Positions 9,179-16,707 of a stretch of 52,474 bases of DNA are shown one piece after another. A program made the position numbers and the translations under genes. This DNA comes from Candidatus Limnocylindria bacterium (lineage in GTDB: Bacteria > Chloroflexota > Limnocylindria > QHBO01). The notes below the pieces were generated by a model, which worked only from the letters and a program-made list of their open reading frames with translations, had not been told where the DNA came from and ran no database searches. The DNA is taken from assembly GCA_041499395.1 (NCBI GenBank), contig JBGQKH010000003.1, forward strand, positions 1-52,474, written 5' to 3'. Positions within the stretch are counted from its first letter, which is position 1, and every line of letters starts with the position of its first letter.

Positions 9179-10051
9179 CTAGTCTCGCAGGTCGAGGCCG
9201 CGAACGAAGGCGCGCACCTCGTCGGCCAGGTCCGAGTCGAGCGACATCGCGATGTTTGCCTTCAGCCAGCCGAGGCGCGTCCCGGCGTCGTGACGCACCC
9301 CTTCGAACTGGTAGCCGAAGACCGGCTGCTCTGCCGAGAGCGCGCGGAGCGCGTCGGTGAGCTGTATCTCCCCGCCGGCGCCACGCTGGGTCGTCTCCAG
9401 CTTGTCGAAGATCTTCGGGCTGAGGATGTATCGGCCCAGGACGGCGAGGTCCGATGGCGCGTCCTCGACCGACGGCTTCTCGACCAGGTCGCCGATTTCC
9501 ACCAGCCGGCCCTCCTCGCGGCGCGGCGCGACGATGCCGTAGCGGCCCACGTCGTCGCGCGGCACGCGCTGGAGGGCGATCACCGAGCCGCGATGCGCCG
9601 CGTGCTGCTCGATCAGCTGCTGGGTCACCGGCTTGCCGCCCGGGTTGAGCATCACGTCGTCGGAGAGGAGCACGGCGAACGGCTCGTCGCCGACCAGCTC
9701 CTTGGCCATGAGCACCGCGTGCCCGAGCCCGAGCTGCTCCTTCTGGTGGACGAAGGCGATGGTGCCGATCTCCGAGATGCGCCGCACCGCCCGCAGCATC
9801 TCGATGTCGCCGCGCTCCTCGAGCCAGCGCTCGAGCGCCGGGTGCGAGTCGAAGTGCTCCTCGATCGTGCTCCGCCCACTGGCGATGACGATGATGATCT
9901 GCTCGATCCCCGAGGCGACTGCCTCCTCGACCGCGTACTGGATGATCGGCCGGTCGACCAGGGTGACCATCTCCTTGGGGATGGCCTTGGTCGCGGGCAG
10001 GAAGCGGGTTCCGAATCCGGCCGCCGGCAGGACGGCCTTTCTGACGCGCAC
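9179..10051 (-). CDS. galU: UTP--glucose-1-phosphate uridylyltransferase
   Basis: KAVLPAAGFGTRFLPATKAIPKEM, QLGLGHAVL, LVEKP, GEIQLTD. GTG start preceded by AGGAG. Confidence 0.95.
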   Translation of the reverse strand: MRVRKAVLPAAGFGTRFLPATKAIPKEMVTLVDRPIIQYAVEEAVASGIEQIIIVIASGRSTIEEHFDSHPALERWLEERGDIEMLRAVRRISEIGTIAFVHQKEQLGLGHAVLMAKELVGDEPFAVLLSDDVMLNPGGKPVTQQLIEQHAAHRGSVIALQRVPRDDVGRYGIVAPRREEGRLVEIGDLVEKPSVEDAPSDLAVLGRYILSPKIFDKLETTQRGAGGEIQLTDALRALSAEQPVFGYQFEGVRHDAGTRLGWLKANIAMSLDSDLADEVRAFVRGLDLRD

Positions 10052-10223
10052 GGTGATCGGGTATCTCCTGGAGCGGGTTTCGTCTCGCAGCGCGCTCGGC
10101 GGTCTCAGGCCGCGCGGATGGAGGGATGCCTCACGGGGAGAGGAGTATAGCAACGGACGTCCCGCGCGCCCCCACCGCCCCCTGACCCGTCCGTCCGGCC
10201 GGCGACGCTACAATCGCGACCCG

Positions 10224-10688
10224 ATGATCAAGTCGCTGGTCCGCACCCTCCGGGGGCCGAGCCGCAACCCGCTGATGTCGTACATCAGCCGTCCGCTCCC
10301 GCGCGACCTTCGAGACGAGGATGTCCTCGCCGCGCTCGAGATCGCCCTTGCCGTGGATCCGAACCCAGACGACCTGGTCGAGTCGCTGCCACCCGCGTTG
10401 CGGAAGGTGACGGGGCGTGACTTCCAGGTTCTCGACCGCTCCGCCGGCGACGTGACCGGCACGTTCCGGCGCTCCCAGGTGATGATCAGGGACGGCGCCG
10501 TTGGGCTGTGGCCGGGCTACGAGGCGCGCGCCTATCCGCTCCTCGAGCGTTCCCGGAAGGTGGAGCGCACCCGTGCGGCGATCGTCGCGGCCGACGGCGG
10601 CGCCTCCGCCGCTCCCAGCCCCACCAGCCCGGTCGGCAAGCCGGGATGGGCGCCTCCGCCCCCCATCAGGGACGACGCGAGCGAGTAG
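10224..10688 (+). CDS. Hypothetical protein (154 aa)
   Basis: GC3-rich frame from ATG 10224. TACAAT box 9 nt upstream. Stop overlaps the next start. Confidence 0.7.
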   Translation: MIKSLVRTLRGPSRNPLMSYISRPLPRDLRDEDVLAALEIALAVDPNPDDLVESLPPALRKVTGRDFQVLDRSAGDVTGTFRRSQVMIRDGAVGLWPGYEARAYPLLERSRKVERTRAAIVAADGGASAAPSPTSPVGKPGWAPPPPIRDDASE

Positions 10689-10867
10689 TGGGCCGTCAGA
10701 ACGTGCCACGCGACCAGTGGCTGGAGATCGGGGCGGAGTGCCCGCACTGTGGCGAGCGCGTCAACGAGCAGATGGTCTACTCCTGGCGCCCGGTGCCGGA
10801 GGACCCGAAGCTCCTGCTCCTCTACTGCCCTGACTGCGGGGAGCGGGTCGAGATCAACCACGTCTGA
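10688..10867 (+). CDS. Small zinc-ribbon protein (59 aa)
   Basis: CPHCGERV and CPDCGERV knuckles. GTG shares a base with the upstream TAG. Confidence 0.75.
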   Translation: MGRQNVPRDQWLEIGAECPHCGERVNEQMVYSWRPVPEDPKLLLLYCPDCGERVEINHV

Positions 10868-10870
10868 GAT

Positions 10871-10947
10871 TGGTGCCCCCAACCGGATTCGAACCGGTGA
10901 TCTCCACCTTGAAAGGGTGGCGTCCTAGGCCTCTAGACGATGGGGGC
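10871..10947 (-). tRNA. tRNA-Glu (anticodon TTC), CCA encoded
   Basis: Minus strand GCCCCCA...CCACC-CTTTCAA-GGTGG...ACCGG-TTCGAAT-CCGGT-TGGGGGC-ACCA, 77 nt cloverleaf. TGcTACGAT promoter box upstream. Confidence 0.97.
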
Positions 10948-10995
10948 GCGTGACCGCGCCATCGTAGCAAGGCGCCCGGCGGGCACCATCGGTCG

Positions 10996-11304
10996 CTAGA
11001 GGACGAAGACGATGACCAGGATCACGGCGCCCGCCAGTGCGACCGCGGCCAGCACGATCATGAGCCCACCGCCAAGGGCGATCGTGACCGACATCCCCGT
11101 CGACCTGGTGCGGTAGGCGCGCTGCGACCAGATCCATCCCTGGATGAAGAGGAAGACGCCGATCCCGGCCGCGATCAGCGCCGAGGCCAGCATTGCGCCG
11201 ACCGACAGGCCGGTGTTCTCGCCGAGGACCGCCATCGTCGTCAGGCCGGCCGCGATCAGGAGCCCGACCAGGCCGATCACCACGTTGCGGACGAATGGAT
11301 GCAT
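10996..11304 (-). CDS. Small integral membrane protein (about 3 TM)
   Basis: Three hydrophobic stretches and coding-like codon usage. Confidence 0.7.
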   Translation of the reverse strand: MHPFVRNVVIGLVGLLIAAGLTTMAVLGENTGLSVGAMLASALIAAGIGVFLFIQGWIWSQRAYRTRSTGMSVTIALGGGLMIVLAAVALAGAVILVIVFVL

Positions 11305-11410
11305 CGGCGCCAAGCCTGATTGGACCCATCCGCGACGTCAAGGAGCGGCCGACATGGAGGACCGGGCGTCGGAGTGACGCTCGGTCCGAAGTCGCCGTGG
11401 GCGCGAGGGG

Positions 11411-11875
11411 TCAGCCGTTCGGCGTGCTGCCCTGCCAGGTGGATGAGCCGTCCGACCCGTCTTCCGGATGGGGACGCCCGTGGTCCGAGGTGCCCGAGTG
11501 CTGGAAATCCCCGCCCGTCGTGGATTCGGTGTCGTTGGCATCCTCGGCCCCGGCCGAGTCAACATCGCCCTTGTCGGCCTGGTCGCTCGAGGTGGTCGTG
11601 CCCGGGGTGGTGCCGCCCTGCTCGGTCTGCGAGCCACCGCTGACCGGGTTCACATCGGTGCTTCCGCTGGCGCGGTCGAACTCACCGGCCTGCCAGCCGT
11701 CGACCTCGTCCGATGCCGAGTCGAGCGCCGCGGAGGACGTGGCCTCGTGGCCTGATGCGGAGCTCGGGTGATGTGCGGCTGCCGGGGCGGCCGCGGCCAG
11801 GAGGAGCGCTCCCGACGCGATGAGCGTCGCCAGTCGGTGTCGACTGGCAAGAAGGTGGATCGACTGCAAGGTCAC
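11411..11875 (-). CDS. Secreted acidic low-complexity (disordered) protein
   Basis: GGGAGG SD, signal peptide (RHRLATLIASGALLLAAAAPAAAH), mature part rich in S/D/G/T. Confidence 0.6.
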   Translation of the reverse strand: MTLQSIHLLASRHRLATLIASGALLLAAAAPAAAHHPSSASGHEATSSAALDSASDEVDGWQAGEFDRASGSTDVNPVSGGSQTEQGGTTPGTTTSSDQADKGDVDSAGAEDANDTESTTGGDFQHSGTSDHGRPHPEDGSDGSSTWQGSTPNG

Positions 11876-12002
11876 GACCTCCCGAATGAATGCGGGCCCG
11901 TGAAAGGGACCCTATGCGATACGAGCCACCGCGTCCGTTTGAAGTTTCGAGGCCGGAGCGGTACTTTGGTCTGCGGGCCAAGGTGACCCGTAGACTCACG
12001 AC

Positions 12003-13739
12003 ATGCTCGCGAGCCGATTCGCCGACTTCGCCCGGACCGCGGAGGAGGTCGCCGCGACGACCTCCAAGCTGCGCAAGCGCGACCTGCTGGCCTCCTACCT
12101 GCGGGGGCTCCCCTCCGACGATGTGCCGACCGCGGCCACCTTCTTCTCGGGGCGGCCGCTCCCGGCCGCGGCGGACAAGCTGGGGCTCGGCTGGGTGCAG
12201 CAGAGCCAGGCCCTCGTCGTCGCTACAGGCGCAGGCGAGGACGCGCTCTCCGCCGCGTATCTGCGTCACTCCGACTTCGGTGACGCGGCCGCCGAGCTGC
12301 TGGCGGGACGCGACCCGGCGGGCGAGCCGCTCACCCTGGGCGAGGTGGGCGCGGCCTTTCGCGCGTTGAGCGAGGCGGAGTCCACGTCGGCTCGGGTCGC
12401 CGGCATGGCCGACCTCTTCCGGCGAGCGACGGCGCGCGAGGCGCGCTTCGTTGGCCGCATTGCCACGCGAGAGCTCCGCATCGGGCTGCGGGAAGGGCTG
12501 CTCGAGGAGGCGATTGCCACCGCCTTCCAGCGCCCGATCGAGGAGGTGCGACGCGCCCTGATGCTGGTTGGCGAGCCGGGCGAGGCGGCCGTGCTGGCTC
12601 GCGACGATCGGCTCGGGGAGGCGGCCCTGCACCTCGGCCGCCCGATCCGCTTCATGCTCGCCACGCCCGTGGCCGACGCCACGGAGGTGATGCGGCGGGT
12701 TGGGGACGAAGCGTGGATCGAGGACAAGTACGACGGGATCCGCGCTCAGCTGCACCTGGCCGGAGTGGATGCCGCGCCCCAGCTCTTCTCCCGGGACCTG
12801 AACGAGATCACCGTCTCGTTCCCCGAGGTCGCAGCCGCGGCGGCGACGCTCGGGCGCCGCCTCGTCATCGACGGCGAGCTGGTCCCGTATCGGTCCGGAT
12901 CGGTCCTCGACTTCGCCAGCCTCCAGACCCGGCTCGGGCGCGTCGACCCGTCGAAGAAGCTGCTCGAGCAGGTCCCGGTGGTGCTGGTCGCCTTCGACCT
13001 CCTCCACCTCGACGGTCGCGATCTGCTCGAGGTGCCGCTGCGTGAGCGGCGCGCCGCGCTCGAGGAGCTAAGCCTGCCGGAGCGGTCGGGGGAGCGACTC
13101 CTCTACTCGCACCTCGCCACGGCGCGCAGTGCCGCCGAGGTGGAGGCGCACTTCGACGAGGCTCGCGAGCGGCGCAACGAGGGGCTGATGGTGAAGGACC
13201 CCGGCTCGCTCTATCAGCCCGGCCGTCGCGGGCTCGGCTGGCTGAAGCTGAAGAAGGCGCTCGCCACCCTGGACTGCGTCGTGGTCGGCGTCGAATGGGG
13301 CCACGGCAAGCGGCGCGGCGTCCTCTCCGACTACACGTTCGCGGTGCGCTCAGCCGATGGCGAGGCGCTGCTCACCATCGGCAAGGCCTACACCGGCCTG
13401 ACCGATGCCGAGATCGCGACCATGACCGAGCGCTTCAAGCAGATCACGCTGCGCGACCACGGTCGGTACCGGAGCGTCGTGCCGGAGGTGGTGGTCGAGA
13501 TCGCATTCGACCGGATCATGCGCAGCACGCGGCACGGCAGCCATGGGAGCGGCTTCGCGATGCGCTTCCCGCGCATCGTCCGCATCCGCGACGACAAGAC
13601 GCCGGCAGAGATCGATGACCTGGCGACCGTGGAGACGCTCTTCGCCGCCCAGGCGAGCGGCCGCATCCTCCTCGCCCGCGGTGCTGGTGGCGAGACGGAG
13701 CGGATCAGTGCAACAGGCGCCACCGAGGGCGAGGGGTGA
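12003..13739 (+). CDS. ATP-dependent DNA ligase, LigB/archaeal-type (DBD + NTase + OB)
   Basis: Motif I EDKYDGIR, III IDGEL, IIIa AFDLL, IV EGLMVK, V WLKLK, VI MRFPRIVRIRDDK. N-terminal DNA-binding domain (ELRIG). Confidence 0.95.
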   Translation: MLASRFADFARTAEEVAATTSKLRKRDLLASYLRGLPSDDVPTAATFFSGRPLPAAADKLGLGWVQQSQALVVATGAGEDALSAAYLRHSDFGDAAAELLAGRDPAGEPLTLGEVGAAFRALSEAESTSARVAGMADLFRRATAREARFVGRIATRELRIGLREGLLEEAIATAFQRPIEEVRRALMLVGEPGEAAVLARDDRLGEAALHLGRPIRFMLATPVADATEVMRRVGDEAWIEDKYDGIRAQLHLAGVDAAPQLFSRDLNEITVSFPEVAAAAATLGRRLVIDGELVPYRSGSVLDFASLQTRLGRVDPSKKLLEQVPVVLVAFDLLHLDGRDLLEVPLRERRAALEELSLPERSGERLLYSHLATARSAAEVEAHFDEARERRNEGLMVKDPGSLYQPGRRGLGWLKLKKALATLDCVVVGVEWGHGKRRGVLSDYTFAVRSADGEALLTIGKAYTGLTDAEIATMTERFKQITLRDHGRYRSVVPEVVVEIAFDRIMRSTRHGSHGSGFAMRFPRIVRIRDDKTPAEIDDLATVETLFAAQASGRILLARGAGGETERISATGATEGEG

Positions 13740-14501
13740 CTAGGCGAGGTTCGGCGTGGCGGCGCGGACCGAGCCCAGCGCCTCTTCCTCGGTCGCCCGC
13801 AGCACCTCTTCGACGAACCCCGCCGCGCGTCGTGGATCGAGTCGCTGCACTCGCCCCATGCTCTGCGCCCACCAGGGCGCGTTGTCGGTGGTGACGACCT
13901 CGCCGATCGGCTCCTCGAGCACGACGGTCGAGTAGCCACGCGGAAATGCGACCGCCGGCGAGATGGCGAAGGTCTGCTCCCCGAGCGCGCTGCGTGTCCA
14001 GCGGGCCACCGCGGTGGCAACGGCGTCCGCGTCGAAGGACGGGTTGGTGAGGGTCGGGACCCAGCCGGCGCGCGATTTCGTGTCGTACTCCCAGCCGCGC
14101 CCCCGGACGCGGTAGCGGCCCTCCCAGCGTCGCGCGATGAAGGCCTTCACGCCTGCCGGTCCGACTAGCAGGGCGGCCAGGTCGTCGGGTACGCCGGGGA
14201 GGCGCGGAGCAAGCACCAGCGTGTAGCTGTCATCGAGGGTGGACGCCAACAGGCGGCCCAGGTCGTCGCTGATCTGCTCGCGCCGACGCCGGATGCGGGC
14301 GATGGCGCGCCACGCCATCCCTGTGCCGACGCCGAGGCCGAGCGCCGCGGAGAGGGCGAGCAGCGCGATCGGCGCGACGCGGTTCGTCGGGATGATCGCC
14401 ATGAGCGCGACGGCGGCGCCTCCCACCACGAGCATGGCGAGCGCCAGGCTGAGGCCGTTGTGGCGGAAGCCGCGGGCGACTCGTGGATGGATCAGGCGCA
14501 T
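13740..14501 (-). CDS. Membrane-anchored NERD-like protein with degenerate nuclease motif
   Basis: Two N-terminal TMs, then LDDSYTLV...LLVGPAGV...W.G.Y...NP pattern. GGAGG SD. Confidence 0.6.
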   Translation of the reverse strand: MRLIHPRVARGFRHNGLSLALAMLVVGGAAVALMAIIPTNRVAPIALLALSAALGLGVGTGMAWRAIARIRRRREQISDDLGRLLASTLDDSYTLVLAPRLPGVPDDLAALLVGPAGVKAFIARRWEGRYRVRGRGWEYDTKSRAGWVPTLTNPSFDADAVATAVARWTRSALGEQTFAISPAVAFPRGYSTVVLEEPIGEVVTTDNAPWWAQSMGRVQRLDPRRAAGFVEEVLRATEEEALGSVRAATPNLA

Positions 14502-14530
14502 CGGGAACCTCCGGCTGCTAGGCTCATGGC

Positions 14531-15022
14531 ATGCCAACGACGGCTTCCGTGCTGGCCACGGTGGTTGACCCGCAGCACGGGCTGCGTGTCGACGTGGTGA
14601 CCGGTACCGGCTTCAAGCTGACCTTCGACACGGACGATTCGGGCGAGTTGCGCGCCGGGGCCGGGCCGACCGAATCGCTGCTTGCGGCGCTCGCCGGCTG
14701 CACGTCGATGGACGTTGGACCGATCCTGCGGAAGAAGCGACAGGCGGCCGCGACCTACCGGATCGCGGTCACGGGGGAGAAGTCCGACGAGCACCCGCAG
14801 GTCTATACCGCGATCACCGTGGAGCACCAGATCACCGGCGATGTCGAGCCGGAGGCGCTGCGGCGGTCGATCGAGCTCTCCGCGACGCGGTACTGCCCAG
14901 TGAGCGCCATGCTCTCGCGCTCCGTGCGTATCGAGCATCGCTACCGGCTGCGACAGGACGGCCACGAGGAGATCCGCGCGCTGGTTGCGATCACCGGGCC
15001 AGAGGGTGCACAGGTCCTCTGA
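14531..15022 (+). CDS. OsmC/Ohr-family protein (YhfA-like)
   Basis: GPTESLLAALAGCTSMDV..IL.K and S..RYCPVSAML, both conserved Cys present. Confidence 0.9.
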   Translation: MPTTASVLATVVDPQHGLRVDVVTGTGFKLTFDTDDSGELRAGAGPTESLLAALAGCTSMDVGPILRKKRQAAATYRIAVTGEKSDEHPQVYTAITVEHQITGDVEPEALRRSIELSATRYCPVSAMLSRSVRIEHRYRLRQDGHEEIRALVAITGPEGAQVL

Positions 15023-15145
15023 GGGCTGCATTCGGCCAGTCTCGACATCGGGCAGGCGCGTGCCTATGGCGTGATGGTCCTGCCGTCGCCGCGTCCTTTC
15101 GTCGAGATCGGGACCATTGCGCGCCCGGTGTAGGATTCCGTCTCC

Positions 15146-16009
15146 ATGGCACGTTCGATGTGGCGCGGGGCGATCCAGTTCGGCCTGGTGACGATCCCGG
15201 TCAAGCTCTACCTGGCGACCGAGAGCGGCGGCATCGGCTTCAACATGCTGCATGCCAGCTGCGGCAACCGGATCCAGATGAAGATCTACTGCCCCTTCCA
15301 CGACGAGGTGGTGCCGCGTTCTGAGACGGTCCGCGGCTACGAGTGGAGCAAGGGACGGTACGTCGTCGTAACCGACGAGGACATCGACTCGGTCCCGCTC
15401 AAGACGGTGCGCGCCATCGAGATCGAGATGGTCGTCGACGCCCACCGCGAGGGGCAGGGGATCGAGTTCGTGAAGCAGGCCTACTACCTCGAGCCCGACC
15501 CGATCGGCCGCAAGGCGTTCGAGCTCCTGCGGCAGGTCCTGGCCGACCAGGGCAAGACCGCCATCTGCAAGATCGTGCTGAAGGATCGCGAGCAGCTCGC
15601 CGCGCTCAATCCGTACACCAAGACGATGCTGCTCACCACCCTGCACTGGCCCGATGAGGTCCGCTCGCTCGACGAGCTGAACATCCCCGACGAGGAGATC
15701 GAGGTGAAGCCCGCCGAGCGAAAGATGGCGGAGCAGCTGATCGCGTCGATGGAGGGCCAGTTCTCGGCCGATGACTACCGTGACGACTACCGCAAGGCCC
15801 TGATGGCGGTGATCGACGCCAAGGTCGCCGGCGAGGCACCCACCCCGGCGCAGCGGGTTGAGCCGACCAAGATCGGAGACCTGATGGCGGCCCTCGAGGC
15901 GAGCGTCGCAGCCGCGCGCGAGGCGCGGCGCGAGAGCGCCGCCGAGCCAGTCGCGGAGAAGGCCAGCGCCGGCGAGGCCGCACCAGCGCGGCGCCGCAAG
16001 AGCGCCTAG
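15146..16009 (+). CDS. ku: Non-homologous end joining protein Ku
   Basis: RSMWRGAIQFGLVTIPVKLY, RGYE, YYLEPD, LHWPDEVR, DDYR, DLMAALEASV, basic C-terminal tail. Confidence 0.97.
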   Translation: MARSMWRGAIQFGLVTIPVKLYLATESGGIGFNMLHASCGNRIQMKIYCPFHDEVVPRSETVRGYEWSKGRYVVVTDEDIDSVPLKTVRAIEIEMVVDAHREGQGIEFVKQAYYLEPDPIGRKAFELLRQVLADQGKTAICKIVLKDREQLAALNPYTKTMLLTTLHWPDEVRSLDELNIPDEEIEVKPAERKMAEQLIASMEGQFSADDYRDDYRKALMAVIDAKVAGEAPTPAQRVEPTKIGDLMAALEASVAAAREARRESAAEPVAEKASAGEAAPARRRKSA

Positions 16010-16017
16010 CCGGCCGC

Positions 16018-16707
16018 GTGGCGGCAGACCAGCTCCCACTCCCGATCGCGCCCCCGGGCTCGCCCCGCCGCCGGCTCCCATCCCGCGTCAGGCCGATGCA
16101 GGCCACCGAGGCGGCGGCTCCCTTCGACGACCCCGACTATCTCTTCGAGCCGTGGTGGCCGGGGGCCCGGGCGATCGCCTTCTGCGAGCGCGGCGAGCTC
16201 CGCCTCCAGGTGTCCGGCATGGCGGACGCGCTGGCCGCCTTCCCCGAGCTGGGGGAGATGCCCCGCCAGCTCGCGGAAGACGGCGTCATCCTGGACGGGA
16301 CGCTGCTCGTGCTCGACGACGCGGGACGCCCCGACCCCGACCTGCTGCGCGTCCGCCTCGCGGCGCAGGGTCGGCCCGGGCGCCCCGCCTACGTGGCCAG
16401 CGACCTTCTCTGGAGCGGCGGGCAGCCGGTGGTCGCCCGCTCATTCGCGGTGCGGCGGCGCTGGCTGGAGGCGATCCTCACCCCTGGCGATCGCGTCACC
16501 GTGGGACGCGGTTACCGAGGCGACGGGACGCTGGTGGCCGAGGCGCTTGGGGCGCTCGGGATCGATGGCCTCTCGGCGCGGCACCTCGCCGCTCGCCACC
16601 GGTCCGGGAGGGCCGGCGTCGCGTGGCTGCGTGCTTCGATTGCGGCTCCGGAGCCGCGTCCGCGGCCGACGCTCGCGCTCATCCTTCGCCTCCCGCTCGA
16701 CGGCTAG
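16018..16707 (+). CDS. ATP-dependent DNA ligase adenylation-domain homolog, catalytic residues substituted, no OB domain
   Basis: PM.A....PFDDPDYLFEP lead-in, FPEL, ILDG, DLL and RR..LE match LigD/LigC ligase domains, but motif I KxDG reads WWPG. Confidence 0.8.
   Translation: MAADQLPLPIAPPGSPRRRLPSRVRPMQATEAAAPFDDPDYLFEPWWPGARAIAFCERGELRLQVSGMADALAAFPELGEMPRQLAEDGVILDGTLLVLDDAGRPDPDLLRVRLAAQGRPGRPAYVASDLLWSGGQPVVARSFAVRRRWLEAILTPGDRVTVGRGYRGDGTLVAEALGALGIDGLSARHLAARHRSGRAGVAWLRASIAAPEPRPRPTLALILRLPLDG

Noticed and set aside
10055-10140. Hammerhead-like words (CTGAGA, GAAAC) in the galU leader
   Set aside because: Core does not match CUGANGA and the required stems are absent.
10871-10947. 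tRNA-Glu as an integration site or island boundary
   Set aside because: No integrase, no duplicated tRNA 3' end seen, and no obvious compositional shift.
11885-11940. Possible c-di-GMP-I riboswitch (CCCGTGAAAGGGAC)
   Set aside because: Only a GAAA-capped hairpin; the conserved GGCAAA/GCAAAG elements and second stem are not present.
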